Source: Candidatus Parcubacteria bacterium (GTDB lineage: Bacteria > Patescibacteriota > Patescibacteriia > UBA9934 > GWF2-40-263). From it: a stretch of DNA of 47,464 bases. Shown piece by piece: positions 1 to 8,647 of this stretch. The stretch covers positions 1-47,464 of the forward strand of contig VGKU01000001.1 of the NCBI GenBank assembly GCA_016882235.1, in the 5' to 3' direction. The stretch's first letter is position 1; each line of letters opens with the position of its first letter. Position numbers and translations under genes: made by a program. The notes under the pieces were generated by a model that was given only the letters and a program-made list of their open reading frames with translations, had not been told where the DNA came from and searched no databases.

Positions 1-951
1 TCCGTGCCGGCTTATACGGTGAAACGCATTTTGGTGCCGCTCACGGACGAGTTTGACATCGTTCCGCCTTCGTCCCCTTGGATCAATACGGCGCTCTCTG
101 GCAAACAGCTGAAGAGCGCAACCGTCCAGTTTGACCCGCAAACCGGCACGCCAAATGTCCTTCTTCATTTTAACGCGGAAGGGGGAGAACTCTTTGGCAA
201 ATTAACCGAAGAGCATGTGGGAAGGCAGATCGCTATTTTTCTAGACGGGCAGGTGATTTCTTCACCGGTCGTCCAACAGGCGATCTACGGCGGGCAGGCG
301 GTGATTACCGGCGATTTCACGATTGAGGAATCAAAGCTTCTCGCCCAGGAATTGAACGCGGGCGCTCTGCCGGTGCCGATCAATTTGCTTTCCCAACAGA
401 CCGTCGGACCCACGCTCGGCATTATTTCGCTTGAGAAGAGCGTGCAAGCGGCGCTGCTCGGATTTGTGTTCGTTGCCGTTTTCATGATTGCTGTGTATCG
501 GCTGGGTGGGCTGGTGGCCGTTCTGGCGCTGACGCTTTTCGCCTTTCTCAACCTCGCGGCGTATAAGCTGTTTGGTGTTACGATTACGCTTGCCGGCATC
601 GCCGGATTTGTGCTCTCGCTTGGGATCGCCGTGGACGCCAATGTTCTCATCCTTGAACGGCTCAAAGAGGAGTACGCCTCCGGACGCGACCTTTCCTCGT
701 CGTTGGACGAAGCCTTTTCCCGCGCATGGAACGCGATCCGCGACGGGAATCTGACCACGCTGATCGCCGCGGCTGTTCTCTATTGGTTCAGCTCCAGTTT
801 TATCCGCGGATTTGCGCTGACCCTTTCTGTCGGCGTGATCCTCTCCATGTTCACCGCGATTCTGGTTTCTCGCGTCTATCTGAAAAATATTGTTGATTGG
901 AAATGGGCTCGCCGTCCATCGTTGTACGCCACCAAACGGCCAAACCTATGA
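1..951 (+). CDS. secD: Protein translocase subunit SecD (5'-truncated by window edge)
   Basis: The reading frame of ORF 4..951 stays open to nt 1. The C-terminal SecD/SecF-type multi-TM bundle is present (FVLSLGIAVDANVLILERLKEE). The stop overlaps the secF ATG (ATGA at 948-951). Confidence 0.9.
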   Translation, partial: SVPAYTVKRILVPLTDEFDIVPPSSPWINTALSGKQLKSATVQFDPQTGTPNVLLHFNAEGGELFGKLTEEHVGRQIAIFLDGQVISSPVVQQAIYGGQAVITGDFTIEESKLLAQELNAGALPVPINLLSQQTVGPTLGIISLEKSVQAALLGFVFVAVFMIAVYRLGGLVAVLALTLFAFLNLAAYKLFGVTITLAGIAGFVLSLGIAVDANVLILERLKEEYASGRDLSSSLDEAFSRAWNAIRDGNLTTLIAAAVLYWFSSSFIRGFALTLSVGVILSMFTAILVSRVYLKNIVDWKWARRPSLYATKRPNL

Positions 952-1847
952 AATTGTCTGTGATAAAAACCAGCCGTGTCTGGTTCATCCTTTCGGGAGC
1001 ACTGGTCGTCCTTTCGGTTGTGTTCGTTTTTGTCCCTGGCCTTACCTTCGGCATTGATTTTACGGGCGGGAGTTTAAGCGAAGTTATTTTTGAACAGATT
1101 CCGTCCGTTTCGGAGTTACGGACATCCGTGGAGACGGCCGGATACCGCGACGCGACGCTTCAAGCAACGGACGATGGGTACCTGATCCGTACGACGTCCC
1201 TCACGGAGGAAGAACACCAGTCGTTGTTGACGCAGTTGCGTGATACACACGGTACGTTGGAAGAGCGGCGTTTTGATTCCATTGGGCCGGTCATTGGGAA
1301 CGAACTGCGCCGCACGGCGCTGATCGGCGTTGCGCTGACGCTTGTGCTGATTGGGCTGTATGTCGCGTGGGCGTACCGCAAAGTATCCGAGCCCGTCGAT
1401 TCATGGAAATACGGCGCGATCACCATTTTGGCGGCGTTGCATGATGTGATCATTACGGTCGGCGCATTTTCCCTGTTGGGTTATTTCTTCGGGTGGGAGA
1501 TCGGCTCATCGTTTGTGGCGGCCGTGCTCACCATACTTGGATATTCCATCAACGATACGGTTGTGGTGTTTGACCGTACGCGCGAGAACTTGCTTAAGGG
1601 CGTCGGGGACGGGTTCGCCGATACGGTGGAGCGAAGCATTGAACAGACCCTCACACGCTCACTCTTTACGAGTTTAACCACGATTTTGGCCCTGCTTGCC
1701 ATTTTTCTCCTTGGTGGCGAGAGCACGCGTTCGTTTGCGCTCGCGCTCATCATCGGCATTTCCGTTGGAACGTATTCGTCCATTTTCTTAGCAAGTCCGT
1801 TGTTGGTGGCATGGGAGGGGAGGGGGAAGAACTCATCGGAAACGTAG
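948..1847 (+). CDS. secF: Protein translocase subunit SecF
   Basis: The in-frame ATG at 948 overlaps the secD stop. The SecF signature GYSINDTVVVFDRTREN is present with six hydrophobic segments. The ORF-track start at 897 is probably an over-extension. Confidence 0.9.
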   Translation: MKLSVIKTSRVWFILSGALVVLSVVFVFVPGLTFGIDFTGGSLSEVIFEQIPSVSELRTSVETAGYRDATLQATDDGYLIRTTSLTEEEHQSLLTQLRDTHGTLEERRFDSIGPVIGNELRRTALIGVALTLVLIGLYVAWAYRKVSEPVDSWKYGAITILAALHDVIITVGAFSLLGYFFGWEIGSSFVAAVLTILGYSINDTVVVFDRTRENLLKGVGDGFADTVERSIEQTLTRSLFTSLTTILALLAIFLLGGESTRSFALALIIGISVGTYSSIFLASPLLVAWEGRGKNSSET

Positions 1848-1899
1848 CCACGGGAGATGGGATGAGGAAGAAGGTGATGATCAGCCATGGCGAGTGACA

Positions 1900-1928
1900 T
1901 CGTCATGGTTTTATTTTTTTGCTATGAT
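1900..1928 (+). promoter_or_regulatory. Sigma70-like promoter candidate (TCGTCA-17-TGcTATGAT)
   Basis: TCGTCA at 1900-1905, a 17-nt spacer, TG at 1920-1921 and TATGAT at 1923-1928. The first ATG (1940) lies 11 nt after the -10 with no SD between. Confidence 0.3.
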
Positions 1929-1939
1929 GTGTGTATCCT

Positions 1940-3481
1940 ATGTTTCCCTTGTTCGCGATTCCTCTTATCGGCGAGGCTGTCACACAGACCCCGGCAGCTG
2001 TTTCTTATTTTGACCGTCCCATTGACGTGATGTTATTTGATGCCTTCGTTTGGTTCGGATGGATTCCGATTGTCACGACAGTGATTTGGGGAATCGTCAT
2101 CATGTGGCAAAACTACCGTGTCGGTCTGTATGTGTCCGGCTACAAATGGGTTGTGCTGGCGATTGATGTGCCGGCCATGACCGAGCAGACTCCCAAGGCT
2201 CTGGAAAACCTGTTCGCGACAATCTACGGCGCGAAATCCTCGCTCACCTGGAAAGAGCAGTGGGTCGTCGGAAAGGTCCAGCCCACATTTTCGTTTGAGA
2301 TCATCTCTACCGAAGGGTACATCCAATTTTTGGTGCGTACGCAAACGCGCTTTCGCGACAATATTGAGGCGGGTATTTACGCCCATTATCCTGACGCGGA
2401 AATTACGGAGGTGGAAGATTACGTCAAATATTTTCCCAGCAATTTTCCCGATGAAGAATACGATATGTGGGGAGGAGAATTTGTATTGGATAAGCCGGAA
2501 ATCTATCCGATCCGCACCTATGTGGATTTTGAAGACCGTCTGACGGGTGAAATCAAGGATCCACTCGGCCATACGCTTGAACAGTTGGCAAAGATGCGTC
2601 CGGGCGAACATTTTTGGATTCAATTTATCGTCCAGCCGCAAAGCAATGACTGGATGCAAGCGGGCGTGAACAAATTGAACGCTTTGTACGGGAAAAAAGC
2701 AAAGGTCAAGAAGAGTCCCATCATGAGCGCATTGGAATCCGTACTGGCCTGGCCCGTGGGAATGCTGGAGAATGTGACTGGCGCGGACCTGTCGTTTTTG
2801 TTCGGCGGCGCGGCAGAAGAAAAGAAAGAGCCCATGGTGTTTTTGCCTCTGCAAGAAACGAAAGAGGCGGAAGCCATTTATCACAAGATTGGCAAAGTGG
2901 GACTGTTGACCAAGATTCGTATCGTGTACATTGGCCGGAAAAACGTCTTTGTCAAAGTGGAACGCACAACAATGGTCAAAGGGATTCTGAACCAGTATAC
3001 GAATTTGACCCTCAACAAGTTTGCGTTGTTCATTCCACAAGTGCCTAAAGACGATTATTTTTGGATGCGTTGGGTGTATACAAAAAAGCAAAGGAACCTG
3101 ATGAACGGATACAAAACTCGCAACTGGGGGATCGGCGCCGATCCGTTTTATCTGAATGTGGAAGAGTTGGCGTCGTTATGGCATTTCCCGACGATCGGAT
3201 TCAAGCCGCCTCTGGTAAAGAAGGCCGAAGCGCGTCGCGCCGAACCGCCGGTCGGCCTGCCAATCACCCACGAAGAAATCACGTTTCCCGGTCTCACGGC
3301 CGAGCCGGAACTCCCGATTATGCCGTCGGAAGGATCGCCAGAAGCACCGGTTGCCCCTGAAGGGGAAACAAGCCCTGTGCCCGCCGATACGCTTTCCACG
3401 GCCGAGGTGCCGCGCGTAGAACCTCCGACCAAGCCGAAAGAGGATACGGACTCCTATGTCCCCCCCAATTTGCCGATGTAG
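1940..3481 (+). CDS. Hypothetical membrane-anchored protein, partner of the downstream VirD4/TraD-like ATPase
   Basis: 516-aa ORF (GTG 1931; first ATG 1940). It has N-terminal hydrophobic helices (FPLFAIPLIGEAV; VWFGWIPIVTTVIWGIVIMW; YKWVVLAIDV), a large soluble body and a Pro/Glu-rich tail. I recognise no family. Confidence 0.6.
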   Translation: MFPLFAIPLIGEAVTQTPAAVSYFDRPIDVMLFDAFVWFGWIPIVTTVIWGIVIMWQNYRVGLYVSGYKWVVLAIDVPAMTEQTPKALENLFATIYGAKSSLTWKEQWVVGKVQPTFSFEIISTEGYIQFLVRTQTRFRDNIEAGIYAHYPDAEITEVEDYVKYFPSNFPDEEYDMWGGEFVLDKPEIYPIRTYVDFEDRLTGEIKDPLGHTLEQLAKMRPGEHFWIQFIVQPQSNDWMQAGVNKLNALYGKKAKVKKSPIMSALESVLAWPVGMLENVTGADLSFLFGGAAEEKKEPMVFLPLQETKEAEAIYHKIGKVGLLTKIRIVYIGRKNVFVKVERTTMVKGILNQYTNLTLNKFALFIPQVPKDDYFWMRWVYTKKQRNLMNGYKTRNWGIGADPFYLNVEELASLWHFPTIGFKPPLVKKAEARRAEPPVGLPITHEEITFPGLTAEPELPIMPSEGSPEAPVAPEGETSPVPADTLSTAEVPRVEPPTKPKEDTDSYVPPNLPM

Positions 3482-3508
3482 GAGATAAGGTCTGATCCAG
3501 GAATTGCT

Positions 3509-5428
3509 ATGTCCAATCATCACGACCACGAACAAGAAGTGACGTATTTTGCGAAAACCAATTTTCGCAACTCCATGGTGAAGTTTGGGATCAAGACGGA
3601 TGACCGCCGGCGCCATGTCTACGTCATTGGGAAAACCGGCATGGGCAAAACCACCTTGCTGGAAAATTTTATTTTGTCCGATATCTACGCCGGCCATGGG
3701 TGTTGTTACGTGGATCCACACGGCGATACGGCCGAGAAGTTGGTTGATTACATTCCGTCCTGGCGCATTAACGACGTGGTCTACTTCAACCCGGCGGACA
3801 TGGATTTTCCGATCGGTTTTAACATCCTGGAGGCCGTGAGCGAACGGCATAAGCATCTGGTTGCAAGCGGGATGATGGGTGTCTTTAAGAAGATTTGGGA
3901 GAACATGTGGTCCTCGCGCATGGAGTACATTTTGAACAACACGATTTTGGCCCTGTTGGACAATCCCGGGCAGACACTCCTTGGTATCAACCGAATGCTT
4001 TCGGAGCAGGATTTCCGCAACCGCATGGTCGGCAATGTACGGGATCCGGTCGTCAAACAGTTTTGGCTGAAGGAGTTCGCCTCGTACAATGATAAATATG
4101 CGCAGGAAGCTGTTGCGCCGATCCAGAACAAGATCGGCCAGTTCCTGTCCGCGTCGGTCATTCGCAATATGGTGGCGCAGGTCAAATCCACCATCCATAT
4201 CCGCAACATCATGGACGAGGGAAAGATCTTTATCATCAACCTTTCCAAAGGTCGTATTGGCGAGGATAATTCGCGCTTGCTCGGCGGTCTTCTCATTACC
4301 AAATTACAGCTTTCCGCGATGGAACGCGTGGACATTCCCGAATCTGAACGCAAGGATTTTTACTTGTATGTGGACGAGTTCCAAAACTTCGCTGTGGAAT
4401 CGTTCGCAGGCATTTTGTCGGAAGCGCGTAAATACCGTTTGTGTTTGACCATGGCGCACCAGTACATCGCCCAGCTGACGGACGAGGTGCGCGAGGCGGT
4501 CTTCGGCAACGTCGGGACGCTCATCACCTACCGCGTTGGGTCGCCTGATGCGCTGTACATGGAGAAAGAGTTTACGCCGCGGTTTTTGCCGGAGGACATC
4601 ATCAATCTACCCAAGTTTAACGTCTATCTGAAATTATTGATTGATGGGGTGACGAGTCAGCCGTTTTCTGCGATCACTCTGCCGCCCATTTCCCAACGGA
4701 CGGAATCGGCAGAGCGCGTGATCCGTGTGTCGCGCGAGCGGTACGCGAATCCGCGTGCGGATATTGAGCAGAAGATTTTGGCGTGGAGCGGGATGGAGGA
4801 AGCGGATATGGACACACTGCTCGCTCAGGCGGCGGAGAAAAAGAAAGCGGCAAAGGCGGCAAAGAAGCCGAAGTTTGAGTACAACTGTACGCGCTGTAAC
4901 AAGGAGATGGTTTTGCCGGTCGAGCTGGACCGGTCGCGGCCGATTTATTGCGAAGAGTGCATTGAGATCGTGCGGGAAGAGCGCAAACACGGAAAAGGAA
5001 AAAAGCCAGAAGGGGGTGGCCGTGGACTCCCGCCAGCGCGAGAAGGGAATACGGAGGAAAAAAGTCGGGGTTCCCAGACTCCACCGGCAAAGACGCGCAC
5101 AGAGATAGTAGAGCGTCCGGTTGCAGAGAAGCCGGTCTCGCTTCAAACGCTGAAGCCCAAACCAGCCCTTCCCAGTAACCCTCCTGAAGGCGTGGGAGGT
5201 GATGGACCTCAAGATGTACCTGCGGCGCACACGGATTCTCGTCCGCGCCAAGAAGATGAACACATGCAGAAAAAGCGAAAACGGAACAGGAAGCGGAAAC
5301 CGAAAACGGAAGCGACGGCGCCACCAAAACCGGAACCGATCGCGCCATCCAAGCCATCTGTGCCTCCGCAAACGCCCAAGCAGACCTCTGGAACGTTGCG
5401 TCCTGGCCAATCCATTACCTTTGACTAG
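3509..5428 (+). CDS. VirD4/TraD/TraG-like (type IV coupling protein family) P-loop ATPase with C-terminal zinc ribbon and basic low-complexity tail
   Basis: Walker A GKTGMGKTT, DPHGD and Walker B FYLYVDEFQNF are present, followed by SEARKYRLCLTMAHQYIAQL...GNVGTLITYRVG. A CxxC-x17-CxxC motif sits at aa 460-484. The tail contains KKRKRNRKRKPK and PPKPEP repeats. There is no N-terminal TM helix. Confidence 0.8.
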   Translation: MSNHHDHEQEVTYFAKTNFRNSMVKFGIKTDDRRRHVYVIGKTGMGKTTLLENFILSDIYAGHGCCYVDPHGDTAEKLVDYIPSWRINDVVYFNPADMDFPIGFNILEAVSERHKHLVASGMMGVFKKIWENMWSSRMEYILNNTILALLDNPGQTLLGINRMLSEQDFRNRMVGNVRDPVVKQFWLKEFASYNDKYAQEAVAPIQNKIGQFLSASVIRNMVAQVKSTIHIRNIMDEGKIFIINLSKGRIGEDNSRLLGGLLITKLQLSAMERVDIPESERKDFYLYVDEFQNFAVESFAGILSEARKYRLCLTMAHQYIAQLTDEVREAVFGNVGTLITYRVGSPDALYMEKEFTPRFLPEDIINLPKFNVYLKLLIDGVTSQPFSAITLPPISQRTESAERVIRVSRERYANPRADIEQKILAWSGMEEADMDTLLAQAAEKKKAAKAAKKPKFEYNCTRCNKEMVLPVELDRSRPIYCEECIEIVREERKHGKGKKPEGGGRGLPPAREGNTEEKSRGSQTPPAKTRTEIVERPVAEKPVSLQTLKPKPALPSNPPEGVGGDGPQDVPAAHTDSRPRQEDEHMQKKRKRNRKRKPKTEATAPPKPEPIAPSKPSVPPQTPKQTSGTLRPGQSITFD

Positions 5429-5430
5429 CC

Positions 5431-6198
5431 ATGTCGATTTTTCACGCACTCACGCTCGGCCTCATCCAGGGCGTTACAGAATTTTTGCCGATTTCCAGCT
5501 CCGGATTTCTCGTTATTCTTCCGGAGCTTTTCGGTTGGCCACTCCAGAGCGTGACCTTTGATGCGGTGGTTCATTTAGGCACGCTTGCGGCTATCATTCA
5601 TGCCATGCGTTCTGACATCGCGTCGGCCTGGGCACACCAACGTCGGACCTTCTGGTGGATCACTGCCGCGACGGTGCCTGTGCTCGCGGCAGGTTTTGTG
5701 ATGGAACTTGTGCTGCAAGTGAATGTCCGTTCCACATCCATTGTCGCCATCTCGTTTGTTCTGTGGGGAATCGTCCTCTTGCTTGCGGACCGGTCTGCAA
5801 AGACCGTTTCGGATACCGTCCAAACGGTCGGATGGAAACGCTCCCTCGTGATCGGCCTGGCGCAAGTGATTGCACTCATTCCCGGCACATCCCGTTCGGG
5901 AATTACGATTTCTGCGGGACTGTTCGGCGGCCTTTCGCGCCAAACGGCTACGACATTTTCCTTTCTGCTTGGCATTCCAACCTTGTTTGTCGCAGGGATG
6001 TACAGCCTGTTTGAAGCGGTCCGAAATCCGACAACGGAAGCGTTCTGGCCATTGGCTGTTGGCGCGGTGACCGCTTTTCTTTCGTGTCTTGTGACCGTGC
6101 GTGCTGTGCGCGCGTGGCTTGACCGGCGCGGAACGTACGCCGGATTGGCTGTGTTCCGTCTTGTCGTCGGCTTGTTGTTGTTCGCATGGGTGCTGTAA
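5431..6198 (+). CDS. uppP: Undecaprenyl-diphosphate phosphatase
   Basis: The N-terminus LGLIQGVTEFLPISSSG and the motif PGTSRSGITI are typical of BacA/UppP. The protein is polytopic. Confidence 0.9.
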   Translation: MSIFHALTLGLIQGVTEFLPISSSGFLVILPELFGWPLQSVTFDAVVHLGTLAAIIHAMRSDIASAWAHQRRTFWWITAATVPVLAAGFVMELVLQVNVRSTSIVAISFVLWGIVLLLADRSAKTVSDTVQTVGWKRSLVIGLAQVIALIPGTSRSGITISAGLFGGLSRQTATTFSFLLGIPTLFVAGMYSLFEAVRNPTTEAFWPLAVGAVTAFLSCLVTVRAVRAWLDRRGTYAGLAVFRLVVGLLLFAWVL

Positions 6199-6210
6199 GG
6201 TGAGTGGGTT

Positions 6211-7527
6211 ATGGCCGAGTACGAACTCCGCGACCCCATCCACCAGCGCATCACGTTTAGCGCGTTTGAGCGTTCCATCATTGATCACCCGTTTCTCCAA
6301 CGGCTTCGTTTTATTTCCCAGCTTGGGTTCATCCAATCCTCTGTGTATCCTGGCGCGGTGCATGATCGGTTTGCCCACGCGATCGGCGCCATGCATGTCG
6401 CCGGACGATTGTTCCAGCATATGATCGGATGTTCCGGGTATTTCCGCGAGCGGCTGACACCGCAAGAACGCGAGGCGCTTGCCTCGCGCGTCCGTCTGGC
6501 CGGACTCCTCCATGATCTGGGACATGGGCCGTTTTCCCACGCTTCCGAGTCGGTTTTTCCGCCGCTCGCGACGTTGCCGCTTGATTGGTCGTGGTGGAAA
6601 ACGAGAACCGATCGCCAGGCGATCCATGAGGATTACAGCGTCCTGCTTATTCAAACACTTGCGCGCGAAGGTCTCTTTGACGAGATGTTCGCGCAGGATC
6701 TCTGTGCGCTCATCCACACGGATGTCCGTCCGTCGCCTTCGTTTGTTTCCCTTGCTGAAACGTCGCCTGGTCTCAAACCCGTGCTCAAGGGGATGATCTC
6801 CGGGGAGGTGGACGCGGACCGGATGGATTACCTGCTCCGCGATAGCTATTACTGCGGAGTCGCGTACGGCCAGTATGATTTAGATTGGCTCATCAGTGCG
6901 CTTTCGGTTGCCGAGCATGACGGGCGGCTTATCGTCGCCCTATCTGAAAACGGTGTACGCGCGTACGAGGATTTCTTGCTCGCCCGTTACCACATGATTG
7001 ACCAAGTGTATTACCACAAAACAAAGGCGGGGTTTGCGCATTACCTTGAGGAGGCCATTCGTCAAAACGAGATTGATTTGACGATCCCGACGGATCCGTA
7101 TGCCTACGCGCAGTTACGCGACGGGGCCGTGATCGAGCGGTTGTTTGAGGCCGCGCGTGACCCCGCGAACTACTGGGCTTCACATTTGATTCGGCGCGTT
7201 CCGGCCAAACGGATTTTACGCCTCCATGCCGACCATCCGGATGATGCACAGACGCTCGAGCGGCTGAAGGCCTTTTGCGATGAACAGCGTCTTGGCTGGT
7301 TTGTGCATGCCGTTTCCAATCAGCTGACCAACTTTGACCAAGGCGAGAGTGAACGCGCGACCATGCTGTACGTCTGCAAACAGCGGGTCCATGGGGTTGA
7401 ATATGTACCGATTTTCCAGTATTCTGATCTGCTCCAAACCTATAACAAAAAACTGCGTTTTACTGATTTTTTTGTCCTGCGCGAGGACGCTCACAGGTTT
7501 GAGACCGTCAAACACTTATTTTCCTAG
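6211..7527 (+). CDS. HD-domain phosphohydrolase, SAMHD1/EF1143-like dNTP triphosphohydrolase family
   Basis: The N-terminus DPIHQRITFSAFERSIIDHPFLQRLRFISQLG...VYPGAVHDRFAHAIGAMHV matches the family. HDLGHGPFSH and DADRMDYLLRD are present. An SD-like GGTGAG lies upstream. Confidence 0.75.
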   Translation: MAEYELRDPIHQRITFSAFERSIIDHPFLQRLRFISQLGFIQSSVYPGAVHDRFAHAIGAMHVAGRLFQHMIGCSGYFRERLTPQEREALASRVRLAGLLHDLGHGPFSHASESVFPPLATLPLDWSWWKTRTDRQAIHEDYSVLLIQTLAREGLFDEMFAQDLCALIHTDVRPSPSFVSLAETSPGLKPVLKGMISGEVDADRMDYLLRDSYYCGVAYGQYDLDWLISALSVAEHDGRLIVALSENGVRAYEDFLLARYHMIDQVYYHKTKAGFAHYLEEAIRQNEIDLTIPTDPYAYAQLRDGAVIERLFEAARDPANYWASHLIRRVPAKRILRLHADHPDDAQTLERLKAFCDEQRLGWFVHAVSNQLTNFDQGESERATMLYVCKQRVHGVEYVPIFQYSDLLQTYNKKLRFTDFFVLREDAHRFETVKHLFS

Positions 7528-7538
7528 CTTTTTACCAC

Positions 7539-7598
7539 TGGGGTCAGGTCGTTACTTGTCGCATGGGAGAGCATGCGACAAGTAACGACCTGACCCCA
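7539..7598. repeat. Perfect 27-bp inverted repeat (hairpin, 6-nt loop GGAGAG) between the HD gene and mnmA
   Basis: 7539-7565 (TGGGGTCAGGTCGTTACTTGTCGCATG) is the exact reverse complement of 7572-7598. No U-tract follows. Confidence 0.85.
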
Positions 7599-7606
7599 CT
7601 TACAAC

Positions 7607-8647
7607 ATGGCAAGAAAAGTGCTTCTGGGAATGTCTGGAGGGGTGGACTCAAGTGTGTCCGCCGCTTTGTTGTTGGAACAGGGATACGAAGTGGTTGGGG
7701 CGTTTATGAAAAACTGGTCGAATTGCCAGTGGCGGGCAGACAAACGCGATGCCGCCCGCGTGGCCGCACAGCTTGGGATCCCGTTTGTCACGCTGGATTT
7801 TGAGCAACAGTACCGCGAGGATGTCGTTGAATATTTGTTTCGCGAAACCGAGGCTGGTCGCACACCTAATCCGGATGTCATGTGCAACAAGTTCATTAAG
7901 TTCAACCGATTTGTGCGCGCGGCGGACGAATGGCAGTGCGATCTGATCGCGACCGGGCATTATGCGCAAATCAAGGAATCCCTGTTGCACAAAGCGACGG
8001 ATCCTAATAAGGATCAGACCTACTTTCTCTGGGCGATCAATCCGTCTGTGCTCTCTCGCGTCTTGTTTCCGATCGGCCATCTCACCAAGCCGGACGTGCG
8101 CGCAAAAGCCCGCGCGCTGTGTCTTCCGGTCGCCGACAAAAAGGATTCAACCGGTATCTGTTTTGTGGGCGAAGTCTCAATGCCGGATTTCCTGCGTCCG
8201 CGCATCCCCGAGCGCGCTGGCGATGTCCTGACGACAGAGGGCGCGTGTGTGGGGAGCCACAGAGGCGTTCACTTCTATACCATCGGCCAGCGTCACGGCC
8301 TTGGGATCGGCGGAGGCACGCCCTATTACGTCGTGGAAAAGCGGGCACAGTCAAATGAGTTGATCGTTTCTAGTAATTACCATCCGCGCTTGTACGCGCA
8401 GACACTGTCCGCTTCTTCGGTGAATCTGTTTTGTCCGCGCGAGCAGCTTGACGCGCCGCTTGCCTGTACCGCACGGATCCGTCACCGTCAGCCACTTCAA
8501 TCCTGCACGGCCGTCATCCACGGCGACACCCTTCACGTCCAATTTGAAAAGCCCCAGCGCGCGGTGACGCCCGGACAATCCGTTGTGTTGTATTTGGGTG
8601 AAGCCGTCCTTGGGGGCGGCATCATTTCGGAGGCAGGACAGCATTGA
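7607..8647 (+). CDS. mnmA: tRNA 2-thiouridine(34) synthase
   Basis: The PP-loop LGMSGGVDSSV is present, and the N-terminal and central regions are MnmA-like (MCNKFIKF, GHYA). Confidence 0.92.
   Translation: MARKVLLGMSGGVDSSVSAALLLEQGYEVVGAFMKNWSNCQWRADKRDAARVAAQLGIPFVTLDFEQQYREDVVEYLFRETEAGRTPNPDVMCNKFIKFNRFVRAADEWQCDLIATGHYAQIKESLLHKATDPNKDQTYFLWAINPSVLSRVLFPIGHLTKPDVRAKARALCLPVADKKDSTGICFVGEVSMPDFLRPRIPERAGDVLTTEGACVGSHRGVHFYTIGQRHGLGIGGGTPYYVVEKRAQSNELIVSSNYHPRLYAQTLSASSVNLFCPREQLDAPLACTARIRHRQPLQSCTAVIHGDTLHVQFEKPQRAVTPGQSVVLYLGEAVLGGGIISEAGQH

Noticed and set aside
2033-5449. Long minus-strand ORFs (2033..3091, 3176..4198, 4634..5449) opposite the two-gene ATPase module
   Set aside because: All are antisense to ORFs with strong coding features, including Walker motifs and TM helices. 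They are Arg/His-rich with no motifs.
5575-6717. 380-aa minus-strand ORF
   Set aside because: It is antisense to uppP and the HD-domain gene. It is Arg-rich shadow frame.
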